Of a stretch of 64,000 nucleotides of DNA, positions 39,571 through 49,480 are shown piece after piece (the first letter of the stretch is position 1; each line of letters starts with the position of its first letter). The notes beneath the pieces are model-generated. The model did no database searches, had not been told where the DNA came from, and saw nothing but the letters and a program-made list of their open reading frames with translations. This DNA is from Desulfobacterales bacterium (lineage in GTDB: Bacteria; Desulfobacterota; Desulfobacteria; Desulfobacterales; UBA2174): assembly GCA_963668645.2 (NCBI GenBank), contig CAXXWC010000021.1, positions 448,001 through 512,000 of the forward strand. The letters run 5' to 3'. The translations under genes were made by a program, and so were the position numbers.

Positions 39571-40941
39571 ATGGCTCTAGCCGTTTTAAAACCGGTTTTT
39601 GACATAGAAGGCGAATACAAGGCCAAGACGGTCTCCACCGACGAGGCGGTCAAGGCGATACGTTCGGGCGATGTCATCCACTACGGCGCCTTTTGCGGAT
39701 CAGTCTACGACCTGGACCAGGCCCTGGCCCGGCGTATCCACGAACTGCGGGATCTTCAGATCATCGCCTGCATCTGGCCTTACGACCACAGGCCGGCAAT
39801 CGCCGAAGCCGATCCCAAGGGAGAACATTTCCGCTGGCAATCGACCCAGTTCAGCGCCATCGAGCGGCAGATGAACAAGGAGGGGATCTGCTGGTACATC
39901 CCGGTCCAGTACCGCGAACAGCTCAAGTACCTGCGCCAGGACTTGAAGATCGACGTGGCCATGCTCCAGGTCGCCCCGATGGACCGGCACGGGTATTTCA
40001 ACGTCGGACCCCAGGTCTCGGATGCCATGGCGGTGGTGGAGCGGGCGCGCGTGGTCATTGTCGAAGTCAACGAAAACATGCCCCGGGTTTGCGGCAGCAC
40101 CGGTCACACGCTGCACCTGTCGCAGATCGACCATATCGTTCACGGCAGCAACCGGCTTCTCGACGAACGGGTCGCCAAGCCGCCGTCGGCCATCGACCGC
40201 CAGATCGCCGAGTACATCGTGCCGCGGATCCGCAGCGGCAGTACGCTTCAGCTCGGCATCGGCGGGCTGCCCAACTGCGTGGGCAGCATGATCGCCGAAT
40301 CGGACACCAAGGATCTGAGCGTTCACTCCGAGATGTTCGTTGACGCCTTTCTCAACCTGTACAAGGCCGGCAAGATCACCGGCAACAAAAACATCGACAA
40401 GGGCAAGATGGTCTTCACCTTCGCCATGGGATCGCGCGAGCTGTACGAGTTCATCGACCAGAATCCGATCTGCGCCTGCTATCCGGTGGACTACGTCAAC
40501 GAGATCGCCACGGTGGCCAGGATCGACGACTTTGTTTCGATCAACAGCTGCCTTGAGGTTGATCTTTTCGGCCAGGTCAACTCCGAGTCGGTGGGCATGC
40601 AGCACATCGGCGGCAACGGCGGCCAGCTCGACTTCGTGCTGGGAGCCTATCTGTCCAAAGGCGGCCAGAGCTTCCTGTGCACCCCCTCGACCTTCCGCAA
40701 CCGCGCCGGAACGCTCAAGAGCCTGATCCGCGGGCGCCTCGATGCCGGTGCCATCGTGACCGTGCCGCGCCAGGCGACCCACTGCATCGTGACCGAGTAC
40801 GGGGTTGCCAACCTCAAGGGCAAGTCGACCTGGCAGCGGGCCGAGGCCTTGATCGAGGTGGCCCACCCGGATTTTCGCGACGAACTGGTGCGCGAGGCCG
40901 AACAGATGGGGGTCTGGAAGCGGAGCAGCCGCGTGGCCTAG
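39571..40941 (+). CDS. Acetyl-CoA hydrolase/CoA-transferase family (butyryl-CoA:acetate / 4-hydroxybutyrate CoA-transferase-like)
   Basis: LQLGIGGLP, HSEM, INSCLEVDLFGQVNSE, GGQLDF, VTEYG, AHPDFRDEL. Confidence 0.9.
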   Translation: MALAVLKPVFDIEGEYKAKTVSTDEAVKAIRSGDVIHYGAFCGSVYDLDQALARRIHELRDLQIIACIWPYDHRPAIAEADPKGEHFRWQSTQFSAIERQMNKEGICWYIPVQYREQLKYLRQDLKIDVAMLQVAPMDRHGYFNVGPQVSDAMAVVERARVVIVEVNENMPRVCGSTGHTLHLSQIDHIVHGSNRLLDERVAKPPSAIDRQIAEYIVPRIRSGSTLQLGIGGLPNCVGSMIAESDTKDLSVHSEMFVDAFLNLYKAGKITGNKNIDKGKMVFTFAMGSRELYEFIDQNPICACYPVDYVNEIATVARIDDFVSINSCLEVDLFGQVNSESVGMQHIGGNGGQLDFVLGAYLSKGGQSFLCTPSTFRNRAGTLKSLIRGRLDAGAIVTVPRQATHCIVTEYGVANLKGKSTWQRAEALIEVAHPDFRDELVREAEQMGVWKRSSRVA

Positions 40942-41069
40942 CACGTTGGGCTTAACACGCCCTTATCCCGCGTGATGCGCGCCGGGGCTCGACCAGACCG
41001 CGACGCGAGTCAGCGGGCCCGCGGGCCGCTGGCGCCCATCACCGACACGCCGACACAAGCGAGATCATT

Positions 41070-42275
41070 ATGAACACGGCGCTTTCTTCAAAGCAGTTGC
41101 TATCACGGCTCATCGCCCGGCACTACGAGGAGGCCCTGGAGGCCAAGAGCTCCGGGCAGATCGTGGCCTGGTCCACCTCCATCGCCCCGCAGGAGTTGCT
41201 CGAGACGATGGATATCAAGGTTGTCTATCCGGAAAACCACGCGGCGGCCATCGGGGCGCGCAAGGACGCCCAGACCTTCATCGACCAGGCCGAAAACAAC
41301 GCCTACTCGACCGACCTGTGCTCATACGCGCGGGTGAATATCGGCTATGCGGATATCCGCGAGAGCATCGCGGGCAACATTCCGATGCCAGACCTGCTCT
41401 TTTGCTGCAACAACATCTGCAACACCGTGATCAAGTGGTACGAGAACCTGGCGCGCAAGATGCGCATCCCGATGATCCTCTTCGATATGCCCTTCAACCA
41501 CACCTACCAGGTGCCCGACGAGAGCGTGCGCTACATCCGCCGTCAGTTGGAGCAGGCCGTCAAGCAGCTCGAAGAGATCAGCGGCAAGCGCTTCGATGCG
41601 GACCGGTTCAAGGAGGTAATGAAGGTTTCCACCGAAACGGCAACCTGGTGGAAAAAGGCCACGTCCCGGGCTGCGGCCCGGCCCTCGCCCATGAACGGGT
41701 TCGACATGTTCAATTACATGGCCGCGATCGTCTGCATGCGGGGCAAGCCCGAGGGCCGGGATCTTTTCAAACTCTGGGCCGAAGAGCTCGAGGCCAAGAT
41801 CGCGCGCGGCGAAGGGCCCTGGAAGGACCAGGCGGAACAATACCGTATCATGTGGGACGGAATCGCCTGCTGGCCGCATCTGTCGGACACCTACAAGGTG
41901 CTGAAGAAAAACGGGATCAACGTGGTCAGCTCCACCTACCCGGACTCGTGGACCATCGTCTACGACAGCGACGATCTGGACGCCATGGCCAGGGCCTACA
42001 GCTCCAACTACGTCAACCGCAGCCTGGACTACGGGGTCGACCTGATCGTGCGGCTGGCCGGTGAGTTTTCCCTGGACGGAATCGTGCATCACTCCAACCG
42101 GAGCTGCAAGCTGATGGATTTTCGCCAGTACGAAGTGCAGCGGCAGGTCCAGGAAAGGACCGGTGTGGCCAGCGTGATTTTCGACGGGGACCAGACCGAT
42201 CCCCGAGCCTTTTCCCTGGCGCAGTATGAAACCCGGATCCAGGCGCTGGTGGAGATGATGGGACAAAAAATATGA
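41070..42275 (+). CDS. 2-hydroxyacyl-CoA dehydratase alpha subunit (HgdA/HadB/FldB-like)
   Basis: YPENHAAAIGARK, DLCSYARVN, CNNICN, NRSCK, FDGDQTDPR. Confidence 0.9.
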   Translation: MNTALSSKQLLSRLIARHYEEALEAKSSGQIVAWSTSIAPQELLETMDIKVVYPENHAAAIGARKDAQTFIDQAENNAYSTDLCSYARVNIGYADIRESIAGNIPMPDLLFCCNNICNTVIKWYENLARKMRIPMILFDMPFNHTYQVPDESVRYIRRQLEQAVKQLEEISGKRFDADRFKEVMKVSTETATWWKKATSRAAARPSPMNGFDMFNYMAAIVCMRGKPEGRDLFKLWAEELEAKIARGEGPWKDQAEQYRIMWDGIACWPHLSDTYKVLKKNGINVVSSTYPDSWTIVYDSDDLDAMARAYSSNYVNRSLDYGVDLIVRLAGEFSLDGIVHHSNRSCKLMDFRQYEVQRQVQERTGVASVIFDGDQTDPRAFSLAQYETRIQALVEMMGQKI

Positions 42276-42290
42276 AAGGCCGATCCGATC

Positions 42291-43448
42291 ATGACCCGAA
42301 TCGAACAACTCATCGAAAACCTTGAGCAGACCGCCCGCCACCCGGCGCGCGCCGTACATGCCGCCATGGCCCGGACCGGCAGGAAGGCGGTGGGCTGCTT
42401 TCCCTACTATACGCCCGACGAGATCATCTACGCAGCCGGCCTGCTGCCGGTGGGCCTCTGGGGCGGGCAGACCGATGTGACCCTGGCCGACAGGTACCTG
42501 CAAAGCTTTTGCTGCTCGCTGATGCGCATCAACCTCGAACAGGGGTTGCGCGGCCACTACGACTTTCTCGAAGCGGTGGTGATTCCGACATGCTGCGACA
42601 CGCTCAAATGCGTCTGCGCCAACTGGGCCGTGGCGGTGCCGGGCGTGCGCCCGATTCCGCTCGTTTTTCCCCAGAACCGGCAGACGGCCCCCGGGCTGGC
42701 CTACCTGATCGACGAGTACCGGAGGGTGCAGCACGAGATCGAAAATCTTGCCGGCCGGTCGATCGGCGAACAGGACCTTTGCCGGGCCATTGCAATCTTC
42801 GACGAGTACCGGGCCACGATGCAGCGCTTTGTGGCGCTGGCGGGCCGCTATCCCAGGACCATCGATGCCCGGCGGCGGCATCTGATCATCAAGGCGGGCT
42901 CTTTTTGCGACAAGGCCGAGTACACGGCCACCGTCAAGGAGTTGATCGCCGAGCTGGAAGGTTGTCCCCGGGAGGACGGTGACTGCATCCGGATTGTCAC
43001 CACCGGGATTCTGGCCGAAACCGACGTGCTCCTGGACTGTTTTGCGGCCAACCGCATGGTGGTGGTGGCCGACAACCTGGCCCAGGAATCGCGCCAGTTC
43101 CGCACGGTGACGCGAACCGGGGGCGGTGCCCTGGAGCGCTTGGCCTTCCGGATCGCGGATCAGCAGGGCTGCTCACTGCTCTACGACGCCCAAAAGCGCC
43201 AGGGGCCGTTGCTGATCGATCTGGTGCGGCGGCACGGCGCCGACGCGGTGGTGGTCTGCATGATGAAGTTCTGCGACCCGGAGGAGTTCGACTATCCGGT
43301 TTATATGCAGGATCTCGAGGCAGCCGGGATTCCGCTGCTCTATCTGGAGATCGAGCAGAAGATGGACTCGGTGGAGTCGATCCGCACCCGCATCCAGAGC
43401 TTTGCCGAAATGGTGCAACAACCGCCGCAGGCGACGACAAAGGAGTGA
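42291..43448 (+). CDS. 2-hydroxyacyl-CoA dehydratase beta subunit (HgdB/HadC-like)
   Basis: YTPDEIIYAAG, CDTLKC, MMKFCDPEEFDYP, RTRIQSFAEM. Confidence 0.9.
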   Translation: MTRIEQLIENLEQTARHPARAVHAAMARTGRKAVGCFPYYTPDEIIYAAGLLPVGLWGGQTDVTLADRYLQSFCCSLMRINLEQGLRGHYDFLEAVVIPTCCDTLKCVCANWAVAVPGVRPIPLVFPQNRQTAPGLAYLIDEYRRVQHEIENLAGRSIGEQDLCRAIAIFDEYRATMQRFVALAGRYPRTIDARRRHLIIKAGSFCDKAEYTATVKELIAELEGCPREDGDCIRIVTTGILAETDVLLDCFAANRMVVVADNLAQESRQFRTVTRTGGGALERLAFRIADQQGCSLLYDAQKRQGPLLIDLVRRHGADAVVVCMMKFCDPEEFDYPVYMQDLEAAGIPLLYLEIEQKMDSVESIRTRIQSFAEMVQQPPQATTKE

Positions 43449-43452
43449 AGCG

Positions 43453-44229
43453 GTGTTTCTGGGAATTGATATTGGATCGACATCTTCCAAGGCCCTGGTG
43501 CTCGATGCAGCATTGCAGGTGACCGGCAAGGCAGTGGTCAACACCGGGGCCGGCACAAGCGGACCCCAGCGGTCGGTTGCCGCGGCCCTGGAAACGGCCG
43601 GCATCGGCCCGGAGCAGATCGCCTATTCCGTAGTGACCGGCTACGGCCGGATCGTCTACGAGAAGGCCGACAGGCAGATCACCGAGATCACCTGCCACGC
43701 GCGGGGCAGCGCCCATCTGATGCCCGAGGCCCGCACGGTGATCGATATCGGAGGCCAGGATGCCAAGGTGATTCGGCTCGGGGCCGGCGGTCAGGTGGAA
43801 AATTTTGTGATGAACGAAAAATGCGCCGCCGGCACGGGGCGCTTTCTCGAAGTGATGGCGCGGATTCTCGACTGCGGCATCGACCGGTTGGGCCCGTTGT
43901 CCCAGGGGGCCACGGCCGAGACGGTGATCAGTAACACCTGTACCGTTTTTGCCGAGTCCGAAGTCATCTCGCAGTTGTCCGCCGGTGCCAGAGCAGAGAA
44001 CGTGGCCGCCGGGGCCCACCGGGCCGTGGCCAAGCGGGTGGCCGGACTGGCCAAACGCATCGGGGTGCGGCCGGCGGTGATCATGACCGGCGGCGTGGCC
44101 ATGAACAGCGGCCTTGTCAGCGCACTGGAGACCGAACTGGGCACAACGATCCGTGTGGCAACCGATTCCCAGCTGGTCGGCGCCCTGGGGGCGGCCCTGT
44201 ATGCCAAATCCTATTTCGAAGACCGGTAA
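43453..44229 (+). CDS. 2-hydroxyacyl-CoA dehydratase activator (ASKHA ATPase, HgdC/HadI-like)
   Basis: GIDIGSTSSK, TGYGR, DIGGQDAK, MNEKCAAGTGRFLE, CTVFAESEV; GTG start after AGGAG. Confidence 0.93.
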   Translation: MFLGIDIGSTSSKALVLDAALQVTGKAVVNTGAGTSGPQRSVAAALETAGIGPEQIAYSVVTGYGRIVYEKADRQITEITCHARGSAHLMPEARTVIDIGGQDAKVIRLGAGGQVENFVMNEKCAAGTGRFLEVMARILDCGIDRLGPLSQGATAETVISNTCTVFAESEVISQLSAGARAENVAAGAHRAVAKRVAGLAKRIGVRPAVIMTGGVAMNSGLVSALETELGTTIRVATDSQLVGALGAALYAKSYFEDR

Positions 44230-44289
44230 AAGGACCGCACCAAGGCCATAGCCGGCAGCAAGAAAGGAAGCAGATCAGTGACCAAACCG

Positions 44290-45144
44290 ATGAAAAAGAT
44301 AGCCGTGGTCGGCGCGGGCAACATGGGCCACCAGATCGCGTTGCAGTTCGCGCGCTGCGGCTTTGAAGTGGCCTGCACCGATACCAGCGCCGAAATGCTC
44401 GCCAAAGCCGAAGCGTTTGCAGCGGACTGGAGCGCCAAGCAGATCGCCAAGGGCCGCCTGACACCCGATGCGGCCAACGCTCTCACTGAACGGCTTAACT
44501 TTACCGCCGATCTGGCCGCGGCCGCCGGCGACGCCGACCTGGTGCTCGAAGCGATCATCGAGTCCATCGCGGCCAAGCGCACCTTGTTCGCCGCACTGGA
44601 CGGGATCTGCCCGGCCCGCACGATCCTGGCCACCAACAGTTCGTACATCGTCAGCTCGCGTATCGCCGATGCCACCCGGCGGCCGGACAAGGTGCTCAAC
44701 ATGCACTTTTTCAACCCGGCCCTGGTGATGAAACTCGTCGAGGTGGTCAGAGGCCCCCACGTGTCCGACGAAACGGTGGCCGCCGTGCTCGATCTATGCC
44801 GGGCCATCGACAAGGTGCCGTGCCTGGTGCGCCGGGAGATCTACGGGTTCGTGGTCAACCGGATTTTTGCGGCTCTCACCCGCGAAGCCTGCTTCATGCT
44901 CGAACAGGGGGTGGCGAGTATCGAAGACATCGACAAGGCGGTCAAAAACGGCCTGGGCCACCCGCTGGGCCCCTTCGAACTGCTCGATCTGACCGGCATC
45001 GACCTGGAGTACCGGGTACTGATGGAGCGCTTTGCCGAGACCGGCGACCACCGCGACAAGCCGGGGCCGGCCATCGTGGAGCGATACGCCCAGGGTCGCT
45101 ACGGACGCAAGAGCGGCCGGGGCTTTTACAATTACACGGAGTAG
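44290..45144 (+). CDS. 3-hydroxyacyl-CoA dehydrogenase
   Basis: VVGAGNMG, EAIIE, ATNSS, HFFNPA, GFVVNRI, GHPLGPFEL; alternative GTG at 44278. Confidence 0.93.
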   Translation: MKKIAVVGAGNMGHQIALQFARCGFEVACTDTSAEMLAKAEAFAADWSAKQIAKGRLTPDAANALTERLNFTADLAAAAGDADLVLEAIIESIAAKRTLFAALDGICPARTILATNSSYIVSSRIADATRRPDKVLNMHFFNPALVMKLVEVVRGPHVSDETVAAVLDLCRAIDKVPCLVRREIYGFVVNRIFAALTREACFMLEQGVASIEDIDKAVKNGLGHPLGPFELLDLTGIDLEYRVLMERFAETGDHRDKPGPAIVERYAQGRYGRKSGRGFYNYTE

Positions 45145-45148
45145 CAAG

Positions 45149-45919
45149 ATGGAATTTGCATCAATCCGATTCAGCACCGCCAACGGGGTGGCGCGCATCG
45201 AACTCAACCGCCCGCAGGTGCTCAACGCCCTTAACCGCCAGTTGATCGACGAACTGACCCTGGCCCTGGCCGAGGTGCGTGTGGCCTGCGACATCCGGGC
45301 CCTGATCGTCAGCGGGACCGGGGGAAATTTCGCCGCCGGGGCCGATATCGCCGAAATGGTCGACCTGGACCCCGAAGGGGCCGCAGCCTTCAGTTTCAGC
45401 CCGGCCTATGATGCGCTGGCCTCGCTGCCGGTGCCGGTGATCGCGGCTGTGGACGGGTATGCCCTGGGCGGAGGCCTCGAACTGGCCCTGGCCTGCGATA
45501 TCCGCATCTGCACGCCCAAGGCCCGCTTCGGACTGCCGGAGATCAAGATCGGCATCTTTCCCGGGGCCGGCGGCACCCAGCGCCTGCCCCGGCTCATCGG
45601 CCACGGCCGAGCGCGGGAGATGATCTATACCGGGAAAATGATCGACGCGGCCACGGCCGTCTCCTGGGGCCTTTGCAGCCAAGTGATCGAGGACGATCTT
45701 GGTGCGGCGTCCGCGGCCTTGGCCGCACGCATCGCCGGAGGCCCTCCCCTGGCCCTTGCAGCGGCCAAAGCGGCCATGGAAAACGGGATGCAAACCGGGC
45801 TTGGCGACGCCATCGCCCAGGAGAGCGCCCTATGGGCCGGCCTCTTCACCTCCACGGACCAGAAGGAGGGGATGCGGACCTTTATGGAAAAGCGCAAACC
45901 GTTGTTTCGCGGAAAATAG
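45149..45919 (+). CDS. Enoyl-CoA hydratase (crotonase family)
   Basis: NRPQVLNAL, FAAGADI, ALGGGLELA, GLPEIKIGIFPGAGGTQRL (both catalytic Glu present). Confidence 0.93.
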   Translation: MEFASIRFSTANGVARIELNRPQVLNALNRQLIDELTLALAEVRVACDIRALIVSGTGGNFAAGADIAEMVDLDPEGAAAFSFSPAYDALASLPVPVIAAVDGYALGGGLELALACDIRICTPKARFGLPEIKIGIFPGAGGTQRLPRLIGHGRAREMIYTGKMIDAATAVSWGLCSQVIEDDLGAASAALAARIAGGPPLALAAAKAAMENGMQTGLGDAIAQESALWAGLFTSTDQKEGMRTFMEKRKPLFRGK

Positions 45920-45965
45920 ACCGATGCCCATTTCTGGAAGGGTATACCAATAGGAGTGCGAAACC

Positions 45966-47147
45966 ATGAACGAAGTTGTCATCACTGCCGCCTGCCGCAC
46001 GGCCATCGGTAAATTCCACGGCGGGTTCAAGAACGCCAAAGCCCTGGACCTGACCATCCCGACACTCAAGGCGCTGCTCGATCGGGCACGGATCGGCGCC
46101 GAGACGGTCGAGGACGTGATCTGGGGCTGCAACTACCAGAAAACTTTCCGGGAGAACAACCTGGCCCGGGTGGCGGCCATCAAGGCCGGCTATCCGGACA
46201 CGGTCCCGGGCATCACGGTACACCGCAACTGCACCTCGTCCATGTCGGCCATCCAGTTTGGCTACTACCAGATCCGCTGCGGCGAGGCCGATGTGATCGT
46301 GGCCGGCGGCACCGACTCGATGAGCAACGCCCAGTACACGGTGGAAAAAATGCGCTATGGAACGCGCTTCGGGCACACCGAACTGCGCGACTCGATGTGG
46401 GATTCGCTCACCGAACTGGGGGTCGGTCCGGCCATGGGAATCACGGCCGAAAACCTGGCCGAAAAATACCGGATCAGCCGCGAGGAGCAGGATCTGCTGG
46501 CGCTCACGAGCAACCAGCGGGCCGTGGCGGCCATCGACCAGGGCCGCTTTATCGATGAAATCGTTCCCGTGGAGGTCCGCAACGGCAAAAAGAGCGAAGT
46601 GATCGACACCGACGAGCACCCGCGGCGCGATACCACCCTCGAGAGCCTGGCGCGTCTCAAGCCGAGCTTCAAAACGGACGGGACGGTCACGGCGGGCAAC
46701 GCTTCGGGAATCAACGACGCGGCGGCCGGGGTGGTGCTGATGAGCCGCGAGCAGGCCGAGGCCCTGGGGGCACCGGTCCTGGCGCGTATCGTCGCCACGG
46801 CCACGGCCGGGGTGCCGCCGGAGATCATGGGCATCGGGCCGGTGCCGGCGACCCAGAAGGCCTTGAGCAAGGCCGGCCTGAGCCTGGCGGACATGGATCT
46901 GGTGGAGGTCAACGAGGCCTTTGCAGCCCAGTACCTGGCCTGCGAGAAGGTCCTCGGGCTCGACCGCTCCATCACCAATGTCAACGGCAGCGGGATCGGC
47001 CTGGGCCACCCGGTGGGGGCCACCGGGGCGCGCATCGTGACCACGCTGCTTTTCGAAATGCAAAAGCGTGGTGCGCGCAGGGGTCTGGCGACCCTGTGCG
47101 CCGGCGGCGGCATGGGTACGGCGCTCATCTTGGAACGCGCGGCCTGA
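45966..47147 (+). CDS. Thiolase (acetyl-CoA C-acyltransferase)
   Basis: HRNCTSS, TAGNASGINDAA, EVNEAF, GHPVGATG, CAGGGMG. Confidence 0.95.
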   Translation: MNEVVITAACRTAIGKFHGGFKNAKALDLTIPTLKALLDRARIGAETVEDVIWGCNYQKTFRENNLARVAAIKAGYPDTVPGITVHRNCTSSMSAIQFGYYQIRCGEADVIVAGGTDSMSNAQYTVEKMRYGTRFGHTELRDSMWDSLTELGVGPAMGITAENLAEKYRISREEQDLLALTSNQRAVAAIDQGRFIDEIVPVEVRNGKKSEVIDTDEHPRRDTTLESLARLKPSFKTDGTVTAGNASGINDAAAGVVLMSREQAEALGAPVLARIVATATAGVPPEIMGIGPVPATQKALSKAGLSLADMDLVEVNEAFAAQYLACEKVLGLDRSITNVNGSGIGLGHPVGATGARIVTTLLFEMQKRGARRGLATLCAGGGMGTALILERAA

Positions 47148-47241
47148 ATTTTTTATTTTTTTAAAATAATCCGATTTGCCGTATCGCCGCCTTTACAGGC
47201 ACCCGGCGGTTTGCGGTCCATAAAAAACAGGGAGGGATTCC

Positions 47242-48705
47242 ATGGCCTTGATGACAGCGGCCCAGTACGAAGAGAGTCTCAGAAGGCTAAACCTGGTGGT
47301 CTACATGTTCGGCGAACGCATCGCCGACCCGGTGGACCATCCGATCATCCGCCCCTCGATGAACGCCGTGGCCGCCACCTACGACCTGGCCCAGCGGCCG
47401 GAGTACGAGGACCTGATGACGGCCATCAGCCATCTGAACGGAGAAAAGATCAACCGCTTCACCCATATCCACCAATCGGTGAACGATCTGGTGAAAAAAA
47501 GCCGGATGAACCGGCTGCTGGGGCGCAAGACCGGCTGCTGCTTCCAGCGCTGCGTGGGCATGGATGCCTTGAACGCCCTTTCCATTGTCACCTACGACAT
47601 GGACCAGGCCTTGGGCACCGGGTACAACCGTCGTTTTCTCGATTATCTTTCCATGGTCCAGCGCGCCGATCTGACCTGTGACGGGGCCATGACCGATCCC
47701 AAGGGCGACCGCTCGCTGCCCCCGCATCGGCAGGCCGATCCAGACATGTTCCTGCATGTGGTGGAAAAAAAGAGCGACGGGATCGTGGTGCGCGGAGCCA
47801 AAGTCCACCAGACCGGGGCGGTCAACTCCCATGAAATCATCGTCATGCCCACAATCACCATGCGCGAGGAGGACCGCGATTGGGCCGTGTCCTTCGCTTT
47901 GCCCAGCGACGCCGAAGGGATCACCTACATCATGGGCCGCCAGTCCTGCGACACGCGCAAACTGGAGCCCGGCCGCCTCGACCAGGGCAACCAGCGCTAC
48001 GGCGGCCACGAGGCCCTGGTGGTTTTCGAGGATGTTTTCGTCCCCTGGGAGCGGGTCTTCATGTGCGGCGAAGTGGCCTTTTCCGGGGCACTGGTGGAAA
48101 AGTTCGCTTCCTACCACCGCCAGAGCTACGCGTGCAAAGTCGGGGTGGGCGACGTGCTCATCGGCGCAACCCAGACCATCGCCGAGTACAACGGCGCGGA
48201 TCGGGCCTCGCACATCAAAGACAAGATCATCGAGATGAACCAGCTCAACGAGACGCTCTACTGCGGATGCATTGCCTGCGCCAGTGAGGGGGCCCGGGAA
48301 CCGAGCGGCACCTACTGTGTCCAGACCCTGCTGGCCAACGTGCACAAGCAGAATGTCACGCGCTTTCCCTACGAGATCGCCCGCCTTGCCCAGGACATCG
48401 CCGGCGGATTGATGGTGACGCTGCCGTCCGAGGCCGATCTGCGCTCCCCCACGGTGGGCCGGTGGATCGAAAAATACTTCAAGGCCCGCGAGGGGGTGGA
48501 TACCAAAGATCGGATGCGGATTTTACGCCTCATCGAGAACCTCACCCTCGGCACGGCCGCCGTGGGGTATCTGACCGAATCGATGCACGGCGCCGGTTCA
48601 CCCCAGGCCCAGCGCATCATGATCGCACGCCAGGTCAACATGTCCGAAAAACAGCGCGCCGCTTGCGCCTTGTGCGGAATCGGCGCCGCCCCCGAAGAGC
48701 AATAA
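47242..48705 (+). CDS. abfD: 4-hydroxybutyryl-CoA dehydratase / vinylacetyl-CoA isomerase
   Basis: Fe-S ligand motifs CFQRCVGMD and YHRQSYACK; GAMTDPKGDRS; ESMHGAGSPQAQ. Confidence 0.9.
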   Translation: MALMTAAQYEESLRRLNLVVYMFGERIADPVDHPIIRPSMNAVAATYDLAQRPEYEDLMTAISHLNGEKINRFTHIHQSVNDLVKKSRMNRLLGRKTGCCFQRCVGMDALNALSIVTYDMDQALGTGYNRRFLDYLSMVQRADLTCDGAMTDPKGDRSLPPHRQADPDMFLHVVEKKSDGIVVRGAKVHQTGAVNSHEIIVMPTITMREEDRDWAVSFALPSDAEGITYIMGRQSCDTRKLEPGRLDQGNQRYGGHEALVVFEDVFVPWERVFMCGEVAFSGALVEKFASYHRQSYACKVGVGDVLIGATQTIAEYNGADRASHIKDKIIEMNQLNETLYCGCIACASEGAREPSGTYCVQTLLANVHKQNVTRFPYEIARLAQDIAGGLMVTLPSEADLRSPTVGRWIEKYFKAREGVDTKDRMRILRLIENLTLGTAAVGYLTESMHGAGSPQAQRIMIARQVNMSEKQRAACALCGIGAAPEEQ

Positions 48706-48722
48706 CCCTCCCCTCCCCCCTG

Positions 48723-48746
48723 CTGGGGCCCGCAAGGGCCCCGGCT
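48723..48746. terminator. Hairpin between convergent genes
   Basis: CTGGGGCCC-GCAA-GGGCCCCGG stem-loop just after the abfD stop. Confidence 0.45.
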
Positions 48747-48893
48747 TCCCTCCATAAATATTCAACCGCACCCTGTTTGGGGGTGCCGTATCCCCGGCTG
48801 TTTGGGGCCCGGCGCGATCCGGCTGCCTGCACCGGCAGATGGCCCTTCTCAACGGACACGCGGAGGGCAGTACCTGCCGGAGGAAGGGGTTGA

Positions 48894-49376
48894 TCACAAA
48901 GGACGCAAAGAGTAACGAAAATCGCAATAAGCCGCGCCTTCCATGATGGTCTGGGTCCGCGCGAGGCTCAACCGGGGATGAAACCCTCTGGCAAATGGTT
49001 CGTCGCGGCAGCAGGACAGGGCCGTTCCGTATTCATCGAGTCCCAATTCACGGTATTTTTCATAATAGGGACATCGCGTTACATTAAAGCTGTAAGTATG
49101 CGACGTTTGTTCGAGCACCTCCATCTCCCATACGCCGCCCTCCCCCCATCCGGCCACCTCTTGCACCAGTTCCGTGATCCCGGTCTGTCCCAGGCGTTCT
49201 CTCAGCTCCTGACCGCGCTGAAAGGCTTCCTGTTGATTGACCTGCATTAAGATTTCCAGGGCCTCCTGCTTTCCCATCCGCTGGGCCACCGCACGAATCA
49301 CCGGCGCCACCGCCAATGCTTCGATTGCCCGCTTTTCTATCCGATTGAGTTTTTGGGTCTCACCTACTGTTGTCAT
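48894..49376 (-). CDS. L-2-amino-thiazoline-4-carboxylate hydrolase-like (ATC_hydrolase) family protein
   Basis: FNVTRCPYYE, LSCCRD, LARTQTIMEGAAYCDFRY. Confidence 0.8.
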   Translation of the reverse strand: MTTVGETQKLNRIEKRAIEALAVAPVIRAVAQRMGKQEALEILMQVNQQEAFQRGQELRERLGQTGITELVQEVAGWGEGGVWEMEVLEQTSHTYSFNVTRCPYYEKYRELGLDEYGTALSCCRDEPFARGFHPRLSLARTQTIMEGAAYCDFRYSLRPL

Positions 49377-49480
49377 CTCAATCTCCCACGCTTTCAAACG
49401 CTGAAAAATGATTGCTTATGGTGAGTAATTCATCGCTCCAAAGAAATGATACGCGCAGTTTCGATCACTATTTTCACCGG

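Noticed and set aside
41070..44229. Benzoyl-CoA reductase (Bcr/Bzd) interpretation
   Set aside because: A single homodimer-type activator and HadB/HgdA-like motifs; no ring-cleavage or dienoyl-CoA genes nearby
47242..48705. Annotation as 4-hydroxyphenylacetate 3-monooxygenase (HpaB)
   Set aside because: Same fold family, but the Fe-S ligand motifs (CFQRC, HRQSY.CK) and the anaerobic CoA context indicate AbfD
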